A stretch of DNA of 54,379 nt from Patescibacteria group bacterium UBA3533 (GTDB lineage Bacteria; Patescibacteriota; Minisyncoccia; Phycocordibacterales; Phycocordibacteraceae): the NCBI GenBank assembly GCA_002376865.1, contig DFOU01000009.1:7788-62166 (forward strand). Direction: 5' to 3'. Positions 36,543 to 46,178 of the stretch are shown here, piece by piece (position 1 is the first letter of the stretch; each line of letters opens with the position of its first letter). The notes under the pieces were generated by a model. That model had not been told where the DNA came from, did no database searches, and saw nothing but the letters and a program-made list of their open reading frames with translations. Position numbers and translations under genes: made by a program.

Positions 36543-37586
36543 CTAGTTACTCCACTCAACAACTGCGCGACGCTTATATGATGTAGCAAGCGGCTCTTCT
36601 GCCTTCCCTATTCTAAAGATAATTCCAAGAGCTTTATCTTTTGGAACACTAAAAAGAGTGTGCAGTTCACTATTTAGTTCCTTTAATTTAATTTCTTCTT
36701 CATCTGTAAAAACATCAACTTTCCCATAGAGAACTTGTTGTGAAAGAAAGATGATTCCTGCATGAATTTGCATTGAGAAACCTAGTTTTGTTGCTCGAAG
36801 CCAAATATTTTGCAAAAGCTTTCCGACACGAACAAAGTCTTGGTGATTATTTGGAGCTATTATTGCAACAATTGCTGAAGAACTTGCTGCATTTTGAGAA
36901 CTTTCTTCATAAATCTTGTCGATGAGTCCTATCTTTGTAAAAAACTTTGCAACATTCCAATTTCCGAGAAGTTTAAAAATGAAAGATTTTGGTGGCACTG
37001 CCTCCATTGTTTTTACATAAAGCCCTGCTTTTTCTTTTTGCTCCTCTTCTTTCCAAAGAACTTCATCGAACAAGAGATCGTGAAGATCTTTATTCTTCAT
37101 ATTCAGAACAATGTCGTGTGCAAGACACTTCGCAGCCTCTCCTTTTTCCTCTCCCTCTACCAAAGAAGTATTCAGGTTTTCAAACTCAGACACCTCTTTA
37201 AAAAGAAATTCTTTCTCCTCTTCTGTTAAAGAATCTTTTTTATATGGCTTTCTATTAGAATGTCGGTTCGAAATTTCAGAAGCAAAATGCTCTCCCTCAA
37301 AACCTTCAGAGAAACTGGCTGTTGCCGCTATGCCATCCTTTGGGAAAAAGACAAAAGAAGTTGAAAAACCAAGTTCTTTTGCCTTTTGTTCCATGTTTTC
37401 TAGAACAGCACCGCAACCAATATACGTTCCTCTACCCCCAATGTTTAATATCTTGTGATCTTTTTCTACAAGTGGAATTACGTCAATTTCACTTCCTCGT
37501 ACATAAAATTTCCAAGATTGAGAATTGCCTCCAGAAGGAGCAAGATTTCCTGCATCAATGATTTCCTGTAGAGATTCTTTTTTCAT
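36543..37586 (-). CDS. Nitroreductase-like FMN oxidoreductase (Acg/Rv1355c C-terminal type)
   Basis: APSGGNSQSW.F, GAVLEN, RHSNRKPY, G..LQNIWL.AT..G, FRIG. Confidence 0.85.
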   Translation of the reverse strand: MKKESLQEIIDAGNLAPSGGNSQSWKFYVRGSEIDVIPLVEKDHKILNIGGRGTYIGCGAVLENMEQKAKELGFSTSFVFFPKDGIAATASFSEGFEGEHFASEISNRHSNRKPYKKDSLTEEEKEFLFKEVSEFENLNTSLVEGEEKGEAAKCLAHDIVLNMKNKDLHDLLFDEVLWKEEEQKEKAGLYVKTMEAVPPKSFIFKLLGNWNVAKFFTKIGLIDKIYEESSQNAASSSAIVAIIAPNNHQDFVRVGKLLQNIWLRATKLGFSMQIHAGIIFLSQQVLYGKVDVFTDEEEIKLKELNSELHTLFSVPKDKALGIIFRIGKAEEPLATSYKRRAVVEWSN

Positions 37587-37600
37587 AGAAGAAGTATACC

Positions 37601-38719
37601 CTATTTAATACCAAGCATCTTCAAGAATCCTTGTGCCTCTTCAATTTGATTCTTCCTTACTTCAGGATAGTTAGGATCAATTGCTTCTTCAATATTTATT
37701 TCAAATTTTCCTTCTTTTACATTTTGTCCTAGAGCAATTCGTCGAATTGTATAAGCAATAACAACACCAGATAGTGTTGCAGCTGATGCAACTTGTGGCC
37801 AAGAATAGATTGTATTTCCAACCTCATTAACAGATTTTTGAACTCGAACAGGAACCAATGTTACATCGATAATTCTTCCCATTGCTTCAAACATTTTTTG
37901 AGGATTATCTTTCAGCTCCTCGATATTAAATCCATCTAGATTTCCATGGAATACTGGATAGTCTGGGTTTAGGTCGAATCGCTCAACATCAAGAATTACA
38001 TTATCACCATTGTCTGTTGCCATAATTACAGGAATTCCACGCTTTTTTGCCTCTTCTCGCAACCTCACCTTAAATACAATGTCATCAAGCTCTTCAACCA
38101 AAATATCAAGGCCATCCAGGAACTCTCCCATATTCTCTTCGGTGATTCCTTCATTGAAAACCTTTACCGTATTATACGGGTTTAGTTGGTACACATACTC
38201 TGAAACTAATTCAGATTTATTTCGTCCCACATGACTAAAGTCAAAACGAATTCGGTTCAGATTTGTTGGAGAAACAATATCAGGATCAGCAAGTCGAATC
38301 TCTCCTGCTCCACCCATAAGGGCAGTTGTTAAAGCGCCGTGTCCTCCTACACTAAGACCTGCAACACCAACCTTAAATCCATAGTACTTTTTTTGCTCCT
38401 CGTCCGTAATAATATTTTTATTACGTGCAGTTCGAATCTCTTGATGAATTTCATCTTCAAAATAATGGACCAATATCTTATTCCAAGGGAAATAAACCCA
38501 ATTACCACATTCTGAAAGATCCTTTCCGCCTCTGTGTTCTTCTATGAACGCTTTTAGTTCTTCACTAAAATCCTTCATGAACTTAGATTTTGGATTTCGA
38601 ATTTGGTACAAGTCCTCCAGCTGATACTCATAAGTATCAATAACTCGATCTACATCATATTCTTTCTTAATATCCTCAACTGTCTTTTCTGCCGCACTAA
38701 AAATTACTGGATTGCTCAT
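37601..38719 (-). CDS. ThiF/E1-like adenylyltransferase (Rv1355c/MoeY N-terminal type)
   Basis: WVYFPW, RTARNKN.IT..EQ, VGVAGLSVG, RLADPD...TNLNR, DVERFDL.P, SWPQ. Confidence 0.9.
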   Translation of the reverse strand: MSNPVIFSAAEKTVEDIKKEYDVDRVIDTYEYQLEDLYQIRNPKSKFMKDFSEELKAFIEEHRGGKDLSECGNWVYFPWNKILVHYFEDEIHQEIRTARNKNIITDEEQKKYYGFKVGVAGLSVGGHGALTTALMGGAGEIRLADPDIVSPTNLNRIRFDFSHVGRNKSELVSEYVYQLNPYNTVKVFNEGITEENMGEFLDGLDILVEELDDIVFKVRLREEAKKRGIPVIMATDNGDNVILDVERFDLNPDYPVFHGNLDGFNIEELKDNPQKMFEAMGRIIDVTLVPVRVQKSVNEVGNTIYSWPQVASAATLSGVVIAYTIRRIALGQNVKEGKFEINIEEAIDPNYPEVRKNQIEEAQGFLKMLGIK

Positions 38720-38724
38720 GTTAT

Positions 38725-40251
38725 TTATTTATTACTTTTAACCTTCTTTACCCACTGCTGTTTTGATCCTGGTGTAAAGAATTCTGCATGCTCATTTGGC
38801 CAGAAAATAAGCCTTGGGTGCACACGTTCTCCCAAATTCTGACAAAGTTCTCTAAACTCAGAACTTCGCTTCTTTAGTGTATTTACAATACGTTGCTCAA
38901 TAAGATTTTTTTGCCTCTCTGTTAGGTTTATGTCTTTTCGCAATTCGAGATTTATCTCAAGATGTTGATCTTGTTGTTTGTCGTATTTCTGAACAATAGT
39001 GAACTTTCCAGTTAAGAGATCATAAAAACCTGGATGAAGCACTGCTGACTTTACAAACTCAGGATAAATAAGCACCCCGTACAATGTTGCAGCCAAATTC
39101 CTACGCTCATACACGTACACCATAGGAAGCTCAGAAACATGCTCTTCAATTCCCGCTTCCTTACATTTCTTCTTCAAATCAACACCATTTTCAGCAAGTA
39201 CTTCCTCTGCCTCCTTAAAAGTTAGTACTCCTCCATGATCACCAGATTTATATCGAATAAGAGGAATAGTGTTATCTCCAGTAAAGTACAGCTCATCATC
39301 AACACACTCAAAGTTAATAAAATCTGGAATGTACTGTGTAAGTGTTGGGGTTTTAATTATGTCTCCAAACAGCTTTTTGAAAATCTTTTTGTTTGCAAGA
39401 CGGCGGACCATAATACTTAGAGGTGTTTCAACCGCCATTGGACCAAGCTCAGAGGTTCCATATGTATTCATGGTGTCCAAAAGTACATTTCTTACATCAG
39501 CTCTATTACTAAGATAATCTCGAAACTCTTCAGTAAATGCTTCTCCTGTGAAAATAAATCGTAGACTAAACTTTTTTAAAGGAATTCCTTCTGTATCTGC
39601 CTCGTCAATAACATCCTTTACAAATGGAGGGTATCCAGCAATTATCACCTGCTTAAATCGCGGTGCTATATTTCTAAGAATTTTTAATACCTCTGTTTTA
39701 TTTACACCAGGAGTAATGATTGAAACTGGACGTTGTTTTGTGTGCACAGCCAAATATGCACCTGTGTAAATTCCCATACCCGCAGACCAAACACCCATAC
39801 CAAAAGCAACAATAAATAGAGTTGGACCTTCTGTTGTTTTCTTGTTTCGTTCAAAGAATGAATCAACAACAAATGCTCGCCTCAAGTCTGAACTTAGTTC
39901 TCGTTCAAAATATGTTGGCTCTCCTGTTGATCCAGAAGTTGCATGAATGGTTAGAGGCCTCTTTATGTTTCCATTCCATGTTAGGGCTTCATAAGGATAA
40001 GCTCGTAGGTAATTATCCTTATCCATTGGTGGAACTTTCTTAAAATCTTTTATCGTTTTTATATCCTTATGATTTACACCATGTTTTGCAAGGAAGTCCT
40101 TATACGCAGGTACATTTTCGGCTGCGTCATGGAAAAGGCGCAGCATTTCTTTATTACCTTTACGAGTCCAGTATTTTGAATCATGCCGCTGCAGAAGATC
40201 AGGGAGATTCTTGGGCCGGTATGACGGACATTTGATGATATCTTCTCGCAT
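38725..40251 (-). CDS. Phenylacetate-CoA ligase (PaaK)-like adenylate-forming enzyme (start taken at the ATG at 40251)
   Basis: TSGSTGEPT, AGYPPF, TGE.F, YGTSE, PLIRY.SGD. Confidence 0.88.
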   Translation of the reverse strand: MREDIIKCPSYRPKNLPDLLQRHDSKYWTRKGNKEMLRLFHDAAENVPAYKDFLAKHGVNHKDIKTIKDFKKVPPMDKDNYLRAYPYEALTWNGNIKRPLTIHATSGSTGEPTYFERELSSDLRRAFVVDSFFERNKKTTEGPTLFIVAFGMGVWSAGMGIYTGAYLAVHTKQRPVSIITPGVNKTEVLKILRNIAPRFKQVIIAGYPPFVKDVIDEADTEGIPLKKFSLRFIFTGEAFTEEFRDYLSNRADVRNVLLDTMNTYGTSELGPMAVETPLSIMVRRLANKKIFKKLFGDIIKTPTLTQYIPDFINFECVDDELYFTGDNTIPLIRYKSGDHGGVLTFKEAEEVLAENGVDLKKKCKEAGIEEHVSELPMVYVYERRNLAATLYGVLIYPEFVKSAVLHPGFYDLLTGKFTIVQKYDKQQDQHLEINLELRKDINLTERQKNLIEQRIVNTLKKRSSEFRELCQNLGERVHPRLIFWPNEHAEFFTPGSKQQWVKKVKSNK

Positions 40252-40262
40252 GACTAAATTAT

Positions 40263-40409
40263 TTAAAAACACTCCCGGCGCAAACGCTGACAATTTTTGT
40301 CATCATTCACACCTGGGAGTTTAAAATTCTCAAACACCATTATCCCCTCCCGAATATGCTCAGAGAGTGGCTTTTTTTCTTGTATTTCTTTATGCAGAAA
40401 ATCTATCAT
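40263..40409 (-). CDS. Possible 48-aa leader ORF overlapping a long hairpin
   Basis: MIDFLHKEIQEKKPLSEHIREGIMVFENFKLPGVNDDKNCQRLRRECF, starting 11 nt after a -10 box. Confidence 0.3.
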   Translation of the reverse strand: MIDFLHKEIQEKKPLSEHIREGIMVFENFKLPGVNDDKNCQRLRRECF

Positions 40410-40420
40410 TTTACATGAAA

Positions 40421-40449
40421 GTTATAACACTTTTTTTCATTAAAATCAA
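40421..40449 (-). promoter_or_regulatory. Promoter of the ligase-ThiF-nitroreductase operon
   Basis: TTGATT-N17-TATAAC with extended TG. Confidence 0.6.
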
Positions 40450-40469
40450 TATTTTGCTCATACTGTGGA

Positions 40470-41003
40470 TTACTTCGCAAACATAAATAAAGCAAATAGT
40501 GGAGAGACAAACCACCAGAAGAAGAACTCTGCAGGAGCAAACAATGCATCAAGCACAGGTGTAAATGCGTAGAAGTCTCTAATAGGAAGGATGTGATATG
40601 CACTTGCTAGAAGCATTGCAGTAAGGAGGAATGAGATCATCAAAAGAAAGATAATTCCACTTCTTCCTAAAAAGTCAGTAACCACCACTCTACTTAGAAT
40701 GATATACGGAATAACAATAAAACTGACAAGCATTACACCGGTAAGCGTAAGACTTACAAGCGGTGACCCAACTGTTGATGCAAGTATCGTTTCCTTAAAT
40801 GGAAAGACTGTATAGATAGCAAATCCTGCATATACTGCCATTGTAAGAGAAACAACTCCCCTCCTTCCTGAGCGGAACATAAAGAAAAGCATCAACCCAA
40901 CAAGGATGATGACAAGAAGGAAATCGTTTATGAAAGTACCTGCATTTGCGGTAGTTGTCTGTATCAGCTCATTAGCTGCTTCAAAACTGAGGTTAGAGTC
41001 CAT
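40470..41003 (-). CDS. Hypothetical multi-pass membrane protein
   Basis: About 5 TM helices; overlaps the dnaJ stop. Confidence 0.7.
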   Translation of the reverse strand: MDSNLSFEAANELIQTTTANAGTFINDFLLVIILVGLMLFFMFRSGRRGVVSLTMAVYAGFAIYTVFPFKETILASTVGSPLVSLTLTGVMLVSFIVIPYIILSRVVVTDFLGRSGIIFLLMISFLLTAMLLASAYHILPIRDFYAFTPVLDALFAPAEFFFWWFVSPLFALFMFAK

Positions 41004-42048
41004 GCTCCTTTAATTGTCCCACAAGTTTCTTTGCTTCTGAAGTTAGCTTCTGTGGAAGGCTTACGGTAAGCCGAAGTAGGATATCTCCACGAACAGAACC
41101 CTGTGGCACTCCATGCCCTTTCACACGCAGTACTTCCTCAGTCTTTTTCATTGGAGTTATCTTCACCTCAAGCTTCTTTCCATCAAGAGTAGTTAGATTA
41201 TAGAGCGTTCCTTGGAGTGCATCTGTTAGCTTTAGAGGAACCTCAACTACCAAGTTAGCTCCACTTCGCTTGAAGGTCTCATGTGCTGCTACATGTACCT
41301 TAATATACAAATCTCCAGCCTGACCATTTTTAATAGCCTCTCCAAGACCAGTCATTCGGATCATTTCTCCATCATTAATTCCTGCTGGAATAGCAATGTT
41401 GATCTCTTCTTCTTGCTTTCGTACCCCAGCACCTGCACAAGCTTTACATTTCTTCTTAGGAACTTTCCCTACACCTGCACAAGTAGAACACTCTGCAACA
41501 GTCTGGAATGTCCCAAAGATAGAGTTTCGAGTCTCATGCACTTTCCCTTGTCCATTACAGGCAGTACATGTTTCCATCTCAGAATCTTTCTCAGCCCCTG
41601 ATCCATCACACTCAGAGCACTTAGATACTTTAGCGATAAGGATTTTCTTTTCTGTTCCAAAGACAGATTCTTTGAATGTAATCTCTGCATCCATTGAGAT
41701 ATCTCGTCCACGACGAGGTCGCTGTCCGCCACCAAAACCGGCACCTCCAAAACCACGCAAGATATCATCGATATTAATATCTCCTTGCTGGAATCCTGAG
41801 AAATCAAAACCTCCTCCAAATCCTCCTTGCTGCCCACCAGCAAAAGTACGACCATATGAATCGTATTCTTTTCGCTTCTGCTCATTTCCTAGCACGCTAT
41901 ATGCTTCAGAAACTTCTTTGAACTTTGCTTCATCTCCAGTTTTTCTGTCTGGATGATACTTCTGGGCTAGTTTTCGGAAGGCCTTCTTAACATCCTCCTG
42001 CGATGCAGATTTATCTACGTCTAGAATTTGATAATAATCTTTACTCAT
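40993..42048 (-). CDS. dnaJ: Chaperone DnaJ
   Basis: HPD J-domain, G/F region, four CxxCxGxG repeats. Confidence 0.97.
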   Translation of the reverse strand: MSKDYYQILDVDKSASQEDVKKAFRKLAQKYHPDRKTGDEAKFKEVSEAYSVLGNEQKRKEYDSYGRTFAGGQQGGFGGGFDFSGFQQGDINIDDILRGFGGAGFGGGQRPRRGRDISMDAEITFKESVFGTEKKILIAKVSKCSECDGSGAEKDSEMETCTACNGQGKVHETRNSIFGTFQTVAECSTCAGVGKVPKKKCKACAGAGVRKQEEEINIAIPAGINDGEMIRMTGLGEAIKNGQAGDLYIKVHVAAHETFKRSGANLVVEVPLKLTDALQGTLYNLTTLDGKKLEVKITPMKKTEEVLRVKGHGVPQGSVRGDILLRLTVSLPQKLTSEAKKLVGQLKEHGL

Positions 42049-43924
42049 TAGTCTTAGGCTCCTCTTCCTTCACCTCAGCGTCCTGCACATCGTCCTTAGG
42101 AGCTTCATTTTGCGCTTCTGCAGCTTGTTTTTGCAAGATCTCCCCTATCTTCTGCATGCTTGTAGAAAGCTCCTCTGAAGCCTTTGTAATAGGCTCAAGC
42201 TCATCCTTATCTTTCACCTCATTAAGCGCTGTAATCTTCCCTTCGATCTCAGTCTTCACATCCTCAGGAACCTTATCTCCTGCATCCTTTAGAGACTTCT
42301 CTGCAAAGTGAATCATCTGATCTGCTGCATTCTTTGCATCTACAAGATCTTTCTTCTTCTTATCCTCATCAGCATGTGCTTCTGCATCTGCCTTCATCTT
42401 TTCAATATCTTCCTCTGAAAGTCCTGTTCCAGCTTCGATCTTAATAGATTGCTCTTTATTAGTTGCCTTATCCTTTGCAGTTACATTTAGGATTCCATTT
42501 GTATCTACATCAAAGACCACTTCAATCTGAGGCACACCACGAGGTGCTGGTGCAATTCCATCTAGGACAAATCGTCCAAGAGACTTATTGTCTGCTGCCA
42601 TTGCTCGCTCTCCCTGAGTTACGTGGATCTCCACTGATGGCTGATTGTCAGCTGCAGTTGAGAACACCTGAGACTTCTGTGTAGGGATAGTTGTGTTCTT
42701 CTCGATAAGCTTTGTTGCAACATTTCCCATTGTCTCAATACCAAGAGATAGCGGGATAACATCTACAAGAAGCACATCCTTTACATCTCCCTGCATAATT
42801 CCAGCCTGAATTCCTGCACCGAGTGCTACCACCTCATCTGGGTTGATAGATCGGTTTGGCTCTTTCCCAAATAGCTCCTTTACCATCTCCTGCACCTTAG
42901 GCATTCGAGTCTGTCCTCCTACAAGGATAATTTCATCAATGTCTCCTGCGGCAAATCCAGAAGCCTCTAATGCTCGCTTTGTAATATCAATAGACTTCTG
43001 CAGGTACTCATCTGCAAGCTCCTCAAGCTTTGCCTTTGTCATTGTAAGCAGCAAGTGCTTAGGACCTTCTGCATCTGATGTAATAAATGGAATATTGATC
43101 TCAGTCTCTGAGTTATTTGAAAGCTCATGCTTTGCCTTCTCAGCAGCCTCATCAAGCCTTTGAAGCGCTAGTGGATCTTTACTTACATCAATACCACTTT
43201 CCTTCTTGTACTCCTCAGCAATATACTTAACGATAGCCTGATCAATATCACGCCCTCCCATATGTGAGTGCCCATCAGTTGATCGCACCTCGATAACATC
43301 ATCTCCTACCTCTAGAATAGAAACGTCAAAGGTTCCTCCTCCGAAGTCATATACTGCAATTTTCTCATCCTTCTTTCGGTTAAATCCGTATGCAAGCGCT
43401 GCAGCTGTTGGCTCATTGATGATTCGCTTCACATCAAGACCTGCAATCTTTCCTGCAGCCTTTGTGGCGTTTCGCTGCGCATCATCAAAGTATGCAGGTA
43501 CGGTAATGATTGCCTCTGTAATAGTTTCTCCTGTCTTAGCCTCAGCATCTGCTTTCATCTTTCCTAGAATCATTGCTGAAACTTCCTCAGGCCGATAGTC
43601 CTTATCTCCTAGAGTTACAAGCACTCCATCATCAGATCCCTTCTTTAGCTCATATGCGATAAGATCCTTATCTTTTTGTACTGAATCATCAGCAAATCGA
43701 TGCCCCATGAATCGCTTGATTCCATAGACAGTGTTCTTTGGATTTGTAACAGCCTGTCGCTTTGCAACAGTACCTACAAGTCGCTCATTGTTCTTTGCAA
43801 TAGCAACTACAGATGGAGTAGTTCGTGCCCCATCGCAGTTTTCAATAATAGTTGGCTCTCCTCCCTCAACAATAGCCATTGCTGAGTTAGTTGTTCCTAA
43901 ATCGATTCCTAGAATTTTGCTCAT
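42041..43924 (-). CDS. dnaK: Chaperone DnaK
   Basis: [31 protein letters not shown]. Confidence 0.99.
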   Translation of the reverse strand: MSKILGIDLGTTNSAMAIVEGGEPTIIENCDGARTTPSVVAIAKNNERLVGTVAKRQAVTNPKNTVYGIKRFMGHRFADDSVQKDKDLIAYELKKGSDDGVLVTLGDKDYRPEEVSAMILGKMKADAEAKTGETITEAIITVPAYFDDAQRNATKAAGKIAGLDVKRIINEPTAAALAYGFNRKKDEKIAVYDFGGGTFDVSILEVGDDVIEVRSTDGHSHMGGRDIDQAIVKYIAEEYKKESGIDVSKDPLALQRLDEAAEKAKHELSNNSETEINIPFITSDAEGPKHLLLTMTKAKLEELADEYLQKSIDITKRALEASGFAAGDIDEIILVGGQTRMPKVQEMVKELFGKEPNRSINPDEVVALGAGIQAGIMQGDVKDVLLVDVIPLSLGIETMGNVATKLIEKNTTIPTQKSQVFSTAADNQPSVEIHVTQGERAMAADNKSLGRFVLDGIAPAPRGVPQIEVVFDVDTNGILNVTAKDKATNKEQSIKIEAGTGLSEEDIEKMKADAEAHADEDKKKKDLVDAKNAADQMIHFAEKSLKDAGDKVPEDVKTEIEGKITALNEVKDKDELEPITKASEELSTSMQKIGEILQKQAAEAQNEAPKDDVQDAEVKEEEPKTNE

Positions 43925-43929
43925 GATAT

Positions 43930-44436
43930 TTATTTGTTATTTGTTGCTACTTGTACTTTCGCAGGTCTAATAATTGTTTCTTTAAATTTGTATCCTTTTT
44001 GTAAAACGTTAACGATAGTATCTTCCTTTTCTTCTGACTCTACAGTTCCCATAGGCTCATGTAGATTCGGATCAAACATCTCTCCTGCTGGATCTAGCAC
44101 CTCAAGTTCTAATCCATCGAGAATTTGTTTTTGAACCAAAGAAAGACCTTCATCCTCACTTTGAGATAGCGCGATGTCCATGCTATCTAGCGCTGGCAAG
44201 AGCTTTTCTACACTGGCTATCATTCCGTACTCAAATTTCTTCTCTCCCTCGTCTTCTAGCCGTTTTTTTGTGTTTATAAAGTCTGCTTTTGCCCGCTGCC
44301 ATCCATCAAGATACTCTTGTTTTTCACTCTTGCAAGCCTTCAATTCTTCCTTCACTTTCTTGATGTCGGCTGTTTTAAAAGTAGACTCAGCTTCCGCTTC
44401 TTCTACAATTTCTACATCTTCATCATGCGTACTCAT
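43930..44436 (-). CDS. grpE: Nucleotide exchange factor GrpE
   Basis: [19 protein letters not shown]....IIRPAKV. Confidence 0.95.
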   Translation of the reverse strand: MSTHDEDVEIVEEAEAESTFKTADIKKVKEELKACKSEKQEYLDGWQRAKADFINTKKRLEDEGEKKFEYGMIASVEKLLPALDSMDIALSQSEDEGLSLVQKQILDGLELEVLDPAGEMFDPNLHEPMGTVESEEKEDTIVNVLQKGYKFKETIIRPAKVQVATNNK

Positions 44437-44501
44437 TTGATACTAGTATGGGAATTTTTTGGTTGGTGTCAAGAGAAAATTACTCATGCTACACTCTTTG
44501 T

Positions 44502-44891
44502 GTGTCTTACTCAGATAAAATTAAGAAATATAAAGATTTATACAAAAATCTTCAACCTTGTTACTGTAAAACTCTCGGAGAAACAGTTCACTTTAATGCT
44601 GATGGATTAAATCACCTGCTCTACAACAGGCGTCGACCCAGAAGTAAAAAGGAGCAGCTTTATAGAGCAAATTTAATTCCGTATATTTGCACAGTTATAG
44701 AAAACTCAAAAACTGCAACAAAACAACTACTGGTAGAAAAACCAACTATTGTCACCTGGAGCCTTGAATGTGAAATTGCTGTCACAGGCGGGAAACGAGT
44801 AATAAAAGTTATTTTATGTAAAAAAGGAGCGGGAAATGTAACTTTTTTAAGTGCTATGCAAAAAAGGTTTATAGCAAACAACAAAAACTAA
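44502..44891 (+). CDS. Small basic protein, probable BECR/RelE-like (PBECR-type) nuclease (start taken at the GTG at 44502)
   Basis: V.FN..G..HL....R.R...EQ..R, IKVI......G...FLS.M pattern; extended -10 TGCTACACT just upstream. Confidence 0.55.
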   Translation: MSYSDKIKKYKDLYKNLQPCYCKTLGETVHFNADGLNHLLYNRRRPRSKKEQLYRANLIPYICTVIENSKTATKQLLVEKPTIVTWSLECEIAVTGGKRVIKVILCKKGAGNVTFLSAMQKRFIANNKN

Positions 44892-44920
44892 AAAACCGAG
44901 TACAAGACTCGGTTTTTTAG
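44888..44920. terminator. Bidirectional terminator shared by the nuclease gene and the small RNA
   Basis: ctaaaaaaccgag-tacaaga-ctcggttttttag. Confidence 0.85.
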
Positions 44921-44976
44921 TGTCCGTTGCTAGCTTAAGAATTCTTTAGCTAGGGAGGGGCTTTCGCCCACGGACA
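44921..44976 (-). ncRNA. Candidate small three-way-junction RNA
   Basis: P1 TGTCCGT/ACGGACA, P2 GGGC-GAAA-GCCC, P3 CTAGCT..AGCTAG; TTGATT-N16-TATAGT promoter upstream at 45009-44982. Confidence 0.55.
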
Positions 44977-45063
44977 AAGGCACTATAACGTATTTTATAT
45001 AAAAATCAATAACTTGTGTATAAAAACTTTTATGCATTAAAACCGGCTCTCGCCGGTTTTAAT

Positions 45064-45462
45064 TTATCGCTTACTCCACTGTGCTGCCTTTCGAGCTTTC
45101 TTAAGTCCAGGCTTCTTTCGCTCCTTCACTCGAGGGTCTCGAGTAAGTAGTCCGTCTGCCTTAAGAGGTCCACGTAGCTTCTCTTCATTCTTTACGAGTG
45201 CTCGTGAGATTCCGTGCCGAACTGCATCAGCTTGAGCTCGCTGTCCTCCTCCTGTTACCTTTACTGTTACTGAAAAATCCTGCGTAACATCTTCATGCTT
45301 GAATGGCTCCTCTACAATCTGAGTGTACTCTTCTGAACTAAAGTACTCAGCAGCAGGCTTATCATTTACGATAACGCTTACTTTATCTGCAGGTGTAATA
45401 CGCACACGTGCATTAGCACTCTTTCGTCGTCCAATTGCCTCTATGTATCGTGAATCAGCCAT
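45064..45462 (-). CDS. rpsI: 30S ribosomal protein S9
   Basis: GRRKSANARV, GGG..AQA.A, RDPRVKERKKPG, QWSKR. Confidence 0.98.
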   Translation of the reverse strand: MADSRYIEAIGRRKSANARVRITPADKVSVIVNDKPAAEYFSSEEYTQIVEEPFKHEDVTQDFSVTVKVTGGGQRAQADAVRHGISRALVKNEEKLRGPLKADGLLTRDPRVKERKKPGLKKARKAAQWSKR

Positions 45463-45464
45463 AT

Positions 45465-45818
45465 TTATTTACTAAAAGTTACTCGCTTCATACGCTGTGC
45501 TCGAAGCTTATTTCCAGGAAGCATCCCGTAAATAGCTTTTCGCATAGCCTCCTCATATCCCTTCTTGTCGATAAGATCTTGTAGTGACTGAATCTTGAGT
45601 CCTCCTGGGTATCCTGAGTACCGCTGATACTCCTTCTGAGATCGCTTCTTCTCTGAGATCTTTAGCTTGTCTACATTCTCAATGGTTAGCGCAACTGGTG
45701 CTACTACATTCTTAGCAAACTCTGGTGTGTTCTTTCCAAGCAAAATAGTCGCAGCTTCTGTTGCTACTCGCCCAATGGGTCGATCTGTTGCATCAATTGT
45801 GTAAGTTGTATCCTCCAT
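45465..45818 (-). CDS. rplM: 50S ribosomal protein L13 (short form)
   Basis: IDAT...GRVAT, LGK, YSGYPGG, GMLP. Confidence 0.95.
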   Translation of the reverse strand: MEDTTYTIDATDRPIGRVATEAATILLGKNTPEFAKNVVAPVALTIENVDKLKISEKKRSQKEYQRYSGYPGGLKIQSLQDLIDKKGYEEAMRKAIYGMLPGNKLRAQRMKRVTFSK

Positions 45819-45819
45819 A

Positions 45820-46173
45820 TTAAACAAAGCTAATGTACGCTACCTTTCGTCCATCTTCAAGTACTCGAGGACTCTTCACAATGCGAAGGTATCCACCAGC
45901 AACATCCTTGTATCGTGGCCCGATCTCAGCGAACAACTTATTCATAACCTCCTTATCATTTCCCAGACGAGCAGCGATAAGACGCCGGTTTGCAACCGTA
46001 TCCTCTTTTGCTCGTGTTACAAGCTTCTCAACGTACGGACGAAGACTCTTGGCCTTTGCCTCTGTTGTCTCGATCTTCTCTTCAAGTACAAGGGCACGTG
46101 CAAGAGACCGCATAAGTCCTACACGTACTTTCTTTACTCGTCCAAAAGTTCGGCCTGTTGTCTGGTTTTTCAT
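45820..46173 (-). CDS. rplQ: 50S ribosomal protein L17
   Basis: I.TTEAKAK.LR..VEKL.T, GGYLRIVK. Confidence 0.96.
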   Translation of the reverse strand: MKNQTTGRTFGRVKKVRVGLMRSLARALVLEEKIETTEAKAKSLRPYVEKLVTRAKEDTVANRRLIAARLGNDKEVMNKLFAEIGPRYKDVAGGYLRIVKSPRVLEDGRKVAYISFV

Positions 46174-46178
46174 ATATC

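Noticed and set aside
33745-38719. Classical thiazole/oxazole microcin (LAP) cluster
   Set aside because: No YcaO cyclodehydratase in the window and the peptide lacks a typical leader, so it is kept only as an unclassified candidate.
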